The notes under the pieces were generated by a model. That model was not told the DNA's origin and did no database searches. It worked only from the letters and a program-made list of their open reading frames with translations. The position numbers were made by a program, and so were the translations under genes. DNA of 64,000 nt from Phoronis australis (taxonomy: Eukaryota > Animalia > Phoronida): positions 985,454-1,049,453 of the forward strand of contig NMRA01000021.1 in NCBI GenBank assembly GCA_002633005.1, read 5' to 3'. The first letter of the stretch is position 1, and each line of letters starts with the position of its first letter. Below are positions 37,820-48,365 of this stretch, one piece after another.

Positions 37820-38962
37820 CTAAAATGAATGCCACTCGGTTTGGTCTTCTAGACTTATCCAAGACGACGTACTTTCCGCGAGACTGCGACGACTATCGCT
37901 CGAAACCACAGGCGTGGTTGTTGACGACGTGGACGACACCTTCCTCTGGCTCTTCTTGCAACAGCCGCTTCGGAAGAGCAGCGCCACTCGTTGTCTAAAC
38001 TTCGATCCCAAAGCGACGTAGATGAAAAAGTTGACAGTCGCGTTCAGCACTACCAGCATGTTACTCAATATGTTAAAGTATCTCTGTGGTAAAGGAGCCA
38101 TCAGTGTGTTTGTCGTATACTGCAAGTGATTTGCACTTATCGGTATCTGACAGAGGAGAAAAATCAAGATGATCAGGCATAACATGGCAGTGGTTCGACG
38201 TCCGGAGGAAGTAATCGACATCGTTTGTCCTTGTGCCGACAGATGGTGCCTCTTCGTATTATTAGTTCTGACAGTAAAATACAGTCTTATGTTGATAACA
38301 AATAGAATGAGGATAGGAAGAAGATAAATCAATATCAAATAAATCGAAGTAACCCCATAATAATAAATTGGACTGTAGGCCAGAACACCCTTGGTGGGGA
38401 CGATTTTGAAAGATTTAGAGCATGCATCGTAGATTTTCTTTGTTTCTGCTGAAAAAAATCGTAAAAAGTTTAGGCCAAAGCTTACAAAGACCGCCACCGC
38501 AATTTCAATCTTGACATTCCGCATAATGTTCCAATTCTTTGAGCGGAGAGGCCAACAAACTGCAATGTATCTGTCAATGGCAACTAGAATCACGAAGAAC
38601 ACGGAGAGAGTTTGAAACATGATACCAAGCGGATACTCGTAGACGTCTATATAAGCAATGTTATCGAAGTACTCTTTCAATTCACGCGTATATGGGTAGA
38701 TGGATCGAAGACATTGATAAAGGATCCCGTGCACGGCCAAATAGAAGGAGTCCGAAACTGCTAAACAAGTAAGCAGTAGAGATGTAGTTGAATATTTATG
38801 CTTTGAAAAGGCAATTATTGAGATGATGTTTACAGTTATACCGACCAGGCACAAAACTCCTACGACAACCGTGTCCACGATGAAGGCAAAGAGATCTCCT
38901 TCCTCCGGTCCTTCGGAATGGGAACAATTTGTTGATGAGTTATTGGAGCTTAAACTCTCCAT
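37820..38962 (-). CDS. Class A (rhodopsin-like) 7TM GPCR, FMRFamide receptor / peptide receptor-like, intronless CDS (~380 aa)
   Basis: The ORF has 7 hydrophobic segments, TM2 LAVSD, TM3 DRYIAVCWPL, TM6 FLLCQIP and TM7 NATVNFFIY (NFxxY, typical of FMRFamide-R-like receptors), plus a Ser/Thr-rich C-tail. Start placed at ATG 38962 (MESLSSNNSSTNCS, N-glycosylation sites). An in-frame upstream ATG at 39076 is an alternative start. Confidence 0.93.
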   Translation of the reverse strand: MESLSSNNSSTNCSHSEGPEEGDLFAFIVDTVVVGVLCLVGITVNIISIIAFSKHKYSTTSLLLTCLAVSDSFYLAVHGILYQCLRSIYPYTRELKEYFDNIAYIDVYEYPLGIMFQTLSVFFVILVAIDRYIAVCWPLRSKNWNIMRNVKIEIAVAVFVSFGLNFLRFFSAETKKIYDACSKSFKIVPTKGVLAYSPIYYYGVTSIYLILIYLLPILILFVINIRLYFTVRTNNTKRHHLSAQGQTMSITSSGRRTTAMLCLIILIFLLCQIPISANHLQYTTNTLMAPLPQRYFNILSNMLVVLNATVNFFIYVALGSKFRQRVALLFRSGCCKKSQRKVSSTSSTTTPVVSSDSRRSLAESTSSWISLEDQTEWHSF

Positions 38963-39150
38963 CTCCAAGCTTTTAAAGCGATTTATGGCAATGGGATTTT
39001 TACAATATTTCCCAAAGCTCGACAAAATTTGTTGCGCACAGCTTAAATTCACTTTCACGGAGTTGTCAGTAAACATAAAGAACTCTCGAGGCCTTTTGAT
39101 GTTACGACACGACAGACACAAGGCTTGCTTTCTGCTTTGAAAATCGTATT

Positions 39151-39636
39151 CTGAAAAAGATGTCAATAACATTACCCCAAAATCGAGATCCCATTTGTAA
39201 AAGAACCTGTATCGTGATTTGTTATAATACGTCACGATGCGTGCTCTTTTTCACATGAAAATAAACATCGGTTACCGTTGCTTCCTTTAAATACTCAAAA
39301 TCATTTTTGACATCCGGAATACATGTAAATTATTTTCTATCTTGATCACTCAGATTTTTATTTTTAGGCAGATAAACAATGGAAATGTGAACGCAACTCC
39401 CAACTAATCAAATAATTGTTTTGGCGTGCTATTAACTGTACATTTCAAGTATACACACGGCATCCTGTGAACTAATGTTAGCCCCAAAACAGCAAATCAA
39501 CTACTTACAAGTTAAGGTGAGACACGGTACAATTTGCTTGTTCTTCAAAAGTCTTTCATTTGTATTGTGCGTTTATCATAGTGTTATAAAATATTAATAA
39601 CTACAAACAAATAGAAATACCAGCATTTATTTTATA
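39151..39636 (-). promoter_or_regulatory. Putative GPCR promoter and 5'UTR structure: TATAAAA (39636-39630), non-coding exon 1 ending at 39509, intron 39508-39151
   Basis: On the minus strand, TATAAAA is followed by a GTAAGT donor (39508-39503) and a TCTTTTTCAG acceptor ending at 39151, upstream of the CDS. Signal-based inference only. Confidence 0.5.
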
Positions 39637-39897
39637 GACTCAACGTTGAGCACCTCAAACTGGGCGCGCGTGTAATTTACTATACGTGTTTAGTTATCTA
39701 GGCCTACATGTACAGGCATGGCACCTCAGTTTGTGTATTTGTGTCAAAATAGAACTAATAAACCAGATTCACAAGAAAAACCAGGACAATTTTTTTAACA
39801 AACGTTCATATTTCTACTATGTCATGCATGCTGTGGAACCGTTTCGATTCCGAAGTCCGGCAGCATGAATCTATTAATATCTTTATCCGGGTACCTG

Positions 39898-40038
39898 CAG
39901 TAGCGTGCAGAGGAGGATTTCTATTTTATGTTTCATGTTTTTTCTTTTTCTTAGTATTGGGTCCCGCGCATTTGAGTAGAGAGAAGGGCATCCAATAAAA
40001 AATCGGCCTGGGCATCACCAAAGCTCTGCACACTGCTG
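39898..40038 (+). mobile_element. ~140-bp hAT-like MITE upstream of the GPCR promoter
   Basis: CAGTAGCGTGCAGAG...CTCTGCACACTGCTG TIRs and an 8-bp TSD GGTACCTG/GGTACATA (6/8 match). A related longer copy lies in reverse at ~61130-61620. Confidence 0.6.
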
Positions 40039-41884
40039 GGTACATAGGTCACGTGTAAGTGTAATCTCGTTTACATTTATTGTAGCTTTCAATTTTTCTG
40101 TTCCTATTCTGTGAGTCAGATTTCCAATATTTTCATTCTCATCGGGACCCTATGGGAGAACAATATTGTAATATTGAATGGGTTTTGTCCTGATCTAAAT
40201 ACTTCTTGCCACCTCTATTACCACGTCCACTGCAATAGTAGCAAATTATAACAAGCAACATGATCGACACTCTTAATTAAGATGCGTGGCATCTAAACCA
40301 AAATTAGGTTAATAAATGTCCTGCGTTGCCATAGGTGACCGCAGCTATTGCGAAACCCCGTTTGACCCTTTGAAATCAGTACTTCGGGGGTCACACGCGT
40401 CCATTGCTTTAGTGAAATCAGATTGTCACGTGGTGAATATCTTGCCGGTAGGTGGTTGAAACGACACAGTTAGATTTTGATATATTAGTGAGTAAATTGA
40501 CTAAATGTTTAAATTTCCCTAAATGAACGATCGTTAAGATTTACAAAGAAGGTTAATTTAATCAGTCTGTGATCACGTTTCCCGTTCCTGGCGTCGGCCT
40601 TGGATCCAGTGTTACACTTGTTATGAGGAGTTTCCTCTTCTCTTGATCATGCAATCCAGTCTTCCAAGCAGTCTTCACTTGATGAAATGCTTCGGAACTG
40701 CAATCATGAAGTTTAGCCCATCGAACATCATATATGTTACAGGACCGTAGGAAGCGGGGGGCGGTTTTCAGGTGTCGGGATTAAACCGTGGCAACCAACA
40801 TACATGTAGGTGTTTGACCGGGGACAGTCGAGAAAAGAAAGACTGCGAAATACGGATAAGAGAGAAAATTCAAGAGAACATTTAACAACTCCATCTGCAT
40901 CAGTGCATGGTTTACCTTTTGAGGACCCTGGCCAGGACATTGCCGTTAGGGTCTCCGCTTTTGCAGCACAGGTCGTCTAAACGCACTTGAAAACATGCAC
41001 GAAATCAGTCATACATTTATATCGAAAAATCGAGAAAATTTGTAAAGCGAATTTTAAAGGATTTTTAAATTCAATAAGTCAATTTTGCGAATGCAAAACT
41101 ATTTTTCCATCTGCCTCTCTCTGAACAGGGATAACGGAGACAACTTTCACTTTATTTTTTCTCGAAACTGTATATTACTTGAGAAAATTTGATGACCTGA
41201 CAGATGACATCAATTGCTGCTATTTGAAAATATAGATATTTTCATTTTCAGGGGCCCCGCCCTTGAAGAAGGCCATTGATGACATTCAAGTGGTCACGCT
41301 TTTTGTGTTTTTATTGACAAATTTTTAAGGTACCGCCCACGGAGAGAGGGCACAATGTTGGAATCGATTACCTCTATTTCCTATTTTTTGTGAAATCGTG
41401 CAACCGGCTTTCGTAATGAAGGAGGTCACTCCCTGCATCATTTTGGGAACACACGACGGTGGAATGCACTATCACTCTTTTTCCAAGCTTAATGGTGTTT
41501 AGCCTTTCATCTTAAGGTGTCCCATTTCAGACAGTACCCTCTCTCGTTGGAGCAGTTCGGGGGAAATGTCCTTTTGTCTCTCAAAACTCAAAACATTCTT
41601 GCACAGCACAGCCATTCGACCCCAACAACCAAAAATGTGAAAAAGTACAGCCGCCATCGAAAGGATTGAAATTTGAAGAACGTGAAGACCACTATTTGTG
41701 AATTACGCAGAAGGACTATTTCTGGTGGTTAGTTATAAAATAATGTTTTTGTTTCCCGTAGTATCACAAGAATAGTACCGATATCTCTTTTGAAGATGGT
41801 TACTATGAGTTGTTTGTAAGGAATTCCCACATGTGGAAGACACTGCTGTGTAGGATACCATTTGTGATGTCGAAAGGGGGCACT

Positions 41885-41996
41885 CCCATTCTTACTCTCC
41901 GTGTACTGGTCCTAGGCCCATTCTTACTCTCCGTGTACTGGTCCTAGGCCCATTCTTACTCTCCGTGTACTGGTCCTAGGCCCATTCTTACTCTCC
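41885..41996. repeat. Tandem repeat, 32-bp unit x3.5 (duplicated at 44125-44236)
   Basis: CCCATTCTTACTCTCCGTGTACTGGTCCTAGG repeated head-to-tail. Confidence 0.95.
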
Positions 41997-42048
41997 ATGT
42001 TGGTTCACAATTACTCAACTCTTGATGGTTTCATCCCCTGGATTGTCC

Positions 42049-42202
42049 CAGGGGCGGATCCAGAATTTTGAGTTGGGGGAGGAGGTAGTGGGCAGGGCAG
42101 AGTGTTAGCCAGAGTTTTACCCGTCAGAAATTCGCACCCCCGAACTGCCTTGGAGAATTTTAGGGGGCCACGGCCCCTTGGCCACCCCTAAGTCCACCAC
42201 TG
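42049..42202 (-). mobile_element. MITE family A copy nested in the 1.6-kb hAT element (duplicated at 44289-44442)
   Basis: Same termini as other family A copies, TSD TGTCC/TGCCC. Confidence 0.75.
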
Positions 42203-42649
42203 TGCCCCCACCTAGGGCGGACGTGGGAGATTCGGTAGAAATATGGTGACATCGGGAGCACGGGGGCGAGGGAGGGGGCGGGGGAGGTAATGGCGATGGG
42301 GGAAGGAGTTGTTGGCGAAGTCGAAATGGTTTGTGCCCCCCCCCTTAATTTTTCCCTTCCTACGGGCCTGTGTTAACATGGATTCAGTCCATCGAATTCT
42401 AGATACAATGTATCTTTTTTGAAATTCAGTCCATCGAATTTCTGCTACAATGTATCGGATTGAAATTCAATCCATCGAATTTCTATAACTTGTGATATTT
42501 CTCAGCAAACCAGTAGCATCTCTTCAAGAATATCTGCTATACCTCTGTAGCAAGCTGGTTGCCTCTCTCCAAGAAATATGTGATACCTCTATAGCAATTT
42601 GGTTACCTCTCGTTGGAAATATGCCTTCTTGAGTAGCTAACGGGTATAC

Positions 42650-43480
42650 GTAAGCTGTATTGATGAAGGTTCCTGTGAAACAACGCCTGAAGAAGGGTAC
42701 CATACCGTCGCTGTTGATTCCCGCCAGTGCCCCGTCGCCAACCCCGAGAAGTGCGTTTTTTAAGCGAAATGACTGGCGAGCTGTGGCCACTACATACAGT
42801 GACTGAAGGCACTTCATCTACTGTCATCCGTGCCTCCGAACGTACCCCATTGGGTGCCATTCCGGGAACTAGCAGTGATTCGCCCTGTGTTGTTGTCTCT
42901 AGCCCCGGCAGAGCCTGTAAGCAGCCTTGCAGCCATGTTGAGCAGTGGGAGTGAATACAGGCCCAGTTCGACACCCAGTGAAGAGGACAGTTCGTCATCC
43001 AATGAACAGATCGGTGAGCCTAAGTTTGATAAGTTTATTGTGGACTTGTATTGGAGCTATTTGGAAGGTGCCAGGTGTGTGACGAGGGAGTCACACTGCG
43101 GGATGTAAGCAGTTTGGGTGCTCAGATCACCCTCCACTCTAGCAAGTGGGACAGTTCTTCCTCCGTACACGAGACGATAATGAGTACACCCCAGTACGCA
43201 GCAACAGCGTGGCATGTTGACTGACTCGTAAGCAAAAGCAAACGACGACCGAACTTATCACAACCGAGGTAAAACAATGACTGACTCGACTGCTCTCACA
43301 GTCAGACTATATGAAAAGAAATTGGCGCGAAATTCTTGCCTCCCAAGACGTCACTTCCGAGGTAGACGACGTGTAATTAATTAAATTACGACAAGCAGTA
43401 AATAAGTGAAAAATATGTCTGTGATAATCAACGAACCTTATTTTTGCTAAAAATGACATGAAAAAAGGTTGCCTTCGCCT
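42650..43480 (+). mobile_element. Second, 5'-deleted copy of the Kolobok element, inside the gap-flanking duplication
   Basis: High similarity to ~45850-46702. It ends GCCTTCGCCT|TTAA with the same downstream flank as the full copy. Confidence 0.8.
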
Positions 43481-45364
43481 TTAATGATAAGTAAATGACA
43501 TGTTCATNAAGGCCATTGATGACATTCAAGTGGTCACGCTTTTTGTGTTTTTATTGACAAATTTTTAAGGTACCGCCCACGGAGAGAGGGCACAATGTTG
43601 GAATCGATTACCTCTATTTCCTATTTTTTGTGAAATCGTGCAACCGGCTTTCGTAATGAAGGAGGTCACTCCCTGCATCATTTTGGGAACACACGACGGT
43701 GGAATGCACTATCACTCTTTTTCCAAGCTTAATGGTGTTTAGCCTTTCATCTTAAGGTGTCCCATTTCAGACAGTACCCTCTCTCGTTGGAGCAGTTCGG
43801 GGGAAATGTCCTTTTGTCTCTCAAAACTCAAAACATTCTTGCACAGCACAGCCATTCGACCCCAACAACCAAAAATGTGAAAAAGTACAGCCGCCATCGA
43901 AAGGATTGAAATTTGAAGAACGTGAAGACCACTATTTGTGAATTACGCAGAAGGACTATTTCTGGTGGTTAGTTATAAAATAATGTTTTTGTTTCCCGTA
44001 GTATCACAAGAATAGTACCGATATCTCTTTTGAAGATGGTTACTATGAGTTGTTTGTAAGGAATTCCCACATGTGGAAGACACTGCTGTGTAGGATACCA
44101 TTTGTGATGTCGAAAGGGGGCACTCCCATTCTTACTCTCCGTGTACTGGTCCTAGGCCCATTCTTACTCTCCGTGTACTGGTCCTAGGCCCATTCTTACT
44201 CTCCGTGTACTGGTCCTAGGCCCATTCTTACTCTCCATGTTGGTTCACAATTACTCAACTCTTGATGGTTTCATCCCCTGGATTGTCCCAGGGGCGGATC
44301 CAGAATTTTGAGTTGGGGGAGGAGGTAGTGGGCAGGGCAGAGTGTTAGCCAGAGTTTTACCCGTCAGAAATTCGCACCCCCGAACTGCCTTGGAGAATTT
44401 TAGGGGGCCACGGCCCCTTGGCCACCCCTAAGTCCACCACTGTGCCCCCACCTAGGGCGGACGTGGGAGATTCGGTAGAAATATGGTGACATCGGGAGCA
44501 CGGGGGCGAGGGAGGGGGCGGGGGAGGTAATGGCGATGGGGGAAGGAGTTGTTGGCGAAGTCGAAATGGTTTGTGCCCCCCCCCTTAATTTTTCCCTTCC
44601 TACGGGCCTGTGTTAACATGGATTCAGTCCATCGAATTCTAGATACAATGTATCTTTTTTGAAATTCAGTCCATCGAATTTCTGCTACAATGTATCGGAT
44701 TGAAATTCAATCCATCGAATTTCTATAACTTGTGATATTTCTCAGCAAACCAGTAGCATCTCTTCAAGAATATCTGCTATATCTCTGTAGCAAGCTGGTT
44801 GCCTCTCTCCAAGAAATATCTGATACCTCTATAGCAATTTGGTTACCTCTCGTTGGAAATATGCCTTCTTGAGTAGCTAACGGTATACTTACTCAAACAG
44901 AATAAAGGTTGGGCGAGTTAGATCAAAACATAAAACCCACAAACTTCCTCCAAATGTAATCATAATTCCAAAACAACTCTCGGAACAACATCATAAGATT
45001 CCAATTATGAACCTACGCTTTCGCCAAATAAGGTCACGGACAGACAAACCTTTAAGTAATTTCTGATGAATAATAACAAGACTATTGTTGTTGCCAGAAC
45101 TGGCTCACCCCAAAGTTGACCAATTCCGGCGAATTTAAAGTTATAACCCTACCAGCATAACAATTAAGAACATGGTCAGAGACAAATATGCTGATTCATT
45201 TCCTATGCACTTATTAGAGGCAATAAATTTCAATAAACAACTAATACCTTTAATTAATTATCCAAGAACCACTCTATACTTAATTAATACTGATACTTCT
45301 CATGCAACATTATTCTCATGTACATAGTTAACCTAAGTTGTAGTGTAACTGTATCATACTTTAA

Positions 45365-46702
45365 AGGCGAAGGCAACCTTTTCTCATGTCACTTTTAGCA
45401 AAAATAAGGTTCATTGATTATCCCAGACACATTTTTCACTTACTTACAGCTTTTCGTAATTTGATTAATTTCTCGTCCTCTACTCCGGAAGTGACGTTTT
45501 GGGAGGCAAGAGTTTTGCGCCAATTTCTTTTCATTATAGTCTGACTGTGAGAGGTGTCGAGTCAGTCATTGTTCTACCTCGGTTGTAATAAGTTCGGTCG
45601 TCGTTTGCTTTTGTTTACAAGTCAGTCAACATGCCACGTTGTTGCTGCCTGCCGGGATGTACTCATTATCGTTTCACACGCGCTTTGGGTACCTTGCGTC
45701 GCTTTCCGAAGGATGACACACTTCGCCGTACTTGGCTAGCTCGTTCATGTGAAGAACGCAGCGCTACCCGTCCACGCAAATTACAAAGCAGTGGAGGATT
45801 ACCGAGTGTGTGGCAAGCATTTTCTGCAATCAGATTATGACAGAGATATGTACGCTGAATTGATGAAGGTTCCTGCGAAACAACGTCTGAAGAAGGGTAC
45901 CATACCGTCGCTGTTGATTCCCGGCAGTGCCCCGTCGCCAACCCCGAGAAGTGCGTTTTTGAAGCGAGAAGCCACGCGAGCTGTGGCCACTACATACAGT
46001 GACTTAAGGCACTTCATCTACTGTCGTCACCCGTGGCTCCGAACGTACCCCATTGGGTGCAATTCCGGGAACTAGCAGTGATTCGCCCTGTGTTGTTGTC
46101 TCTAGCCCCGGCAGTGCCTGTAAGCAGCCTTGCAGCGATGTTGAGTAGTGGGAGTGAATACAGGCCCAGTTCGACACCCAGTGAAGAGGACAGTTCGTCA
46201 TCCAATGAACAGATCGATGAGCCTAAGTTTGATAAGTATATTGTGGACTTGTATTGGAGCTATTTGGAAGGTGCCAGGTGTGTGACGAGGGAAATACACG
46301 GCGGGATGTAAGCAGTTTGGGTGCTCAGATCACCCTCCAGTGGGAGTGTGTCGCGGGTCACTCGAGCAAGTGGGACAGTTCTTCCTCTGTACGTGAGACG
46401 ATAATGAGTACACCCCAGTACGCAGCAACAGCGTGGCATGTTGACTGACTCGTAAGCAAAAGCAAACGACGACCGAACTTATCACAACCGAGGTAAAACA
46501 ATGACTGACTCGACTGCTCTCACAGTCAGACTATATGAAAAGAAATTGACGAAATTCTTGCCTCCCAAAACGTCACTTCCGAGGTAGACGACGATTAATC
46601 ACTTAAATTACGAAAAGCAGTAAATAAGTGAAAAATATGTCTGGGATAATCAACGGACCTTATTTTTGCTAAAAATGACATGAAAACAGGTTGCCTTCGC
46701 CT
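45365..46702 (+). mobile_element. Non-autonomous Kolobok-type DNA transposon with ~310-bp imperfect TIRs and a THAP-domain transposase fragment
   Basis: Termini are AGGCGAAGGCAACC...GGTTGCCTTCGCCT, flanked by TTAA (45361-45364) and TTAT (TTAA in the duplicate copy at 43481-43484). RR..YY termini, TTAA target and an N-terminal THAP domain are Kolobok hallmarks. Confidence 0.85.
45631..46385 (+). pseudogene. Kolobok transposase N-terminal relic (THAP zinc finger plus downstream Cys/His motif); no DDE core
   Basis: MPRCCCLPGC..RRFPKD..RRTWL, then after a frameshift YRVCGKHF...LKKGTIPSL (THAP C2CH plus AVP-box equivalent). Further on, LFGRCQVC and WECVAGHSSKWDS. Confidence 0.8.
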
Positions 46703-47892
46703 TTATTGATAAATAAATGACATGTTCATTCTACATAAAACCTCCCCGTAACATAGATACTCGTATCTACAGTGTGTGGTGAAATGATGTACCTGGCAAG
46801 ACGTTATGTATACTAGTTGATTAGTCCCATTTTTTCTTAAAGTCGATCTGGGAGGTTTTTGGCTATGAAACCAAAATTTATTAAAAAATAGGAAGATCAT
46901 TCGACATAACTGAACAGTTTTGTTAAGTTTTTATGCACAGGCGGTTCTATGATAAGGTGTTAAAAAGTGAGAACCACAATTATTTTCAAAAGAAGCATGT
47001 CAGCGAAAGCTCTAAAAAGGCATGTCGATACTTGCCATAATTTGGGACATCGGCTTGTACACATTGTAAAATCCGGCACTGAAAATTGTTGGTGTCCTGA
47101 TAATCAAAATTAGGCAGACTTAGTGAAATAAACTTAACCAAAGAAGGTCAAAACATTTCTTTAAGAAAACTTACCGATATTGAAGAATAACAAAGGTTGA
47201 ACACAAATACAGTAAAATGTACCTTCTGCAGAAGAAAATGACCTGTACCACTGCCCAGAACCTGCATGTATGCAGTATTTTAGTCACGCGATGAACATTT
47301 TGTTATAAACGCGTTGACATCTACATTTAGGTGAGCGAAATTAATGGACTATTAATCAAAAAATTTTATGACACGTATTTCCTGACGCGGTACATGCCTT
47401 TGACAAGTTATACTTGTGCTGTGGATTACCCCGTAAACTGCACAATATGGTTTCAACAATTATCATGTGAAAATATATTGTAAAACTTGGAAGAGGCAAG
47501 GTCGTGGCTTTATATTCGAATACGGTCTATTTGTTTTCATTCTCGCTGGAACAACAGATTTAAGAATAATAATAATAGCAATAACAATTAGCAATAATGG
47601 TAGCAGCGGCGATAACCACGACTACCACGACGAAGACAACAATGATGAAATGACTCGAACTTAACATACGAACTCTATAGCACTTGCTGAATTATTTTTG
47701 AGTTTTTTATGATTTTATGATTAGAACTTTCACATTGCGTGTACAAGTTTGATCATGGTTGATTAGACGAAAACAGGGAAAATAGTGACTTGTTCTACAT
47801 CCCAAGAAACAATATTTCATTACATTCGGATATAAAGACATGGTGGTCGCATTTTTAATGTTCACGAAAATGTAATGTTTTGCCGCAGTCAT

Positions 47893-48365
47893 TAGTGGCG
47901 GATTTAGAGGGAGGCCAAAGGGCCATGCGCCAACCTAAAATTCTCCCAGATTCCATTTGGCAGTTCAGGGGTTGTAAATGTCTGACAGGCAAAACCCTGG
48001 CTAATACCAGTGGCGGATTTAGGGGGGCCCAAAGGGGCCATGCCCCCCCTAAAATTCTACCAGATACCATTTGCCAGTTCGGGTGCAAATTGATGACTAG
48101 CACATGCGCGCAACTAGGGGGGCTCGGGAGGTACTAAACAATGCATAGGCCTTGAACAAACCCCGTTTACCGTTTTTTATTTAGTCAAAAGGTCTGCCAA
48201 CCCAAACATTCGAGACCCCTGCATCCCTACATTTTATGCTGGTCGAGCGCATCTGCCGAAATTCTGGTTATTCCTGTGTCTTGGCCCCACCTAACTCAAA
48301 ATCCTGGATCCGCCCCCGAATACTCTGCCCTGCTCACCCAACTCAAAGCCCAGGATCCGCCCCTG
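47893..48365 (+). mobile_element. Triple nest: a family A MITE containing a second family A copy (48008-48318), which itself contains a family C-like insert (~48101-48255)
   Basis: The inner copy is flanked by a perfect AATAC TSD (48003-48007, 48319-48323). The outer copy resumes colinearly after it. Confidence 0.75.

Larger units (their letters stand above)
40740..42370 (+). mobile_element. Non-autonomous hAT element with 5-bp TSD (hAT5-like) retaining a C-terminal dimerisation-domain relic
   Basis: TIR CAGG(A/C)CCGTAGGAAG at both ends and a perfect TSD TGTTA (40735-40739, 42371-42375). ~41550-41615 translates SSSGEMSFCLSKLKTFLHST, resembling the hAT consensus S..ERSFS.L..LKT.LRST. Confidence 0.8.
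41269..46730. repeat. Tandem duplication across the single-N gap at 43508 (41269-43507 vs 43509-~46730), probably two haplotypes or a mis-join
   Basis: The first ~1.3 kb of the two copies are essentially identical at an offset of 2240. Copy 1 lacks ~960 bp present in copy 2 (~44889-45849). Both copies end in the same flank. Confidence 0.85.

Noticed and set aside
38963-39235. N-terminal 91 aa of the 471-aa GPCR ORF in the track
   Set aside because: It begins at a non-ATG codon and crosses a likely splice acceptor at 39151. It is probably intron and 5'UTR, although ATG 39076 remains possible.
41885-41996. 32-bp repeats as a CRISPR array
   Set aside because: The units are head-to-tail with no unique spacers, there are no cas genes, and the context is a eukaryotic TE.
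42382-42490. Three ATTCA(G/A)TCCATCGAATT repeats with intervening sequence, CRISPR-like in spacing
   Set aside because: The intervening segments resemble each other (TACAATGTATC), so this is a degenerate ~40-bp tandem repeat.
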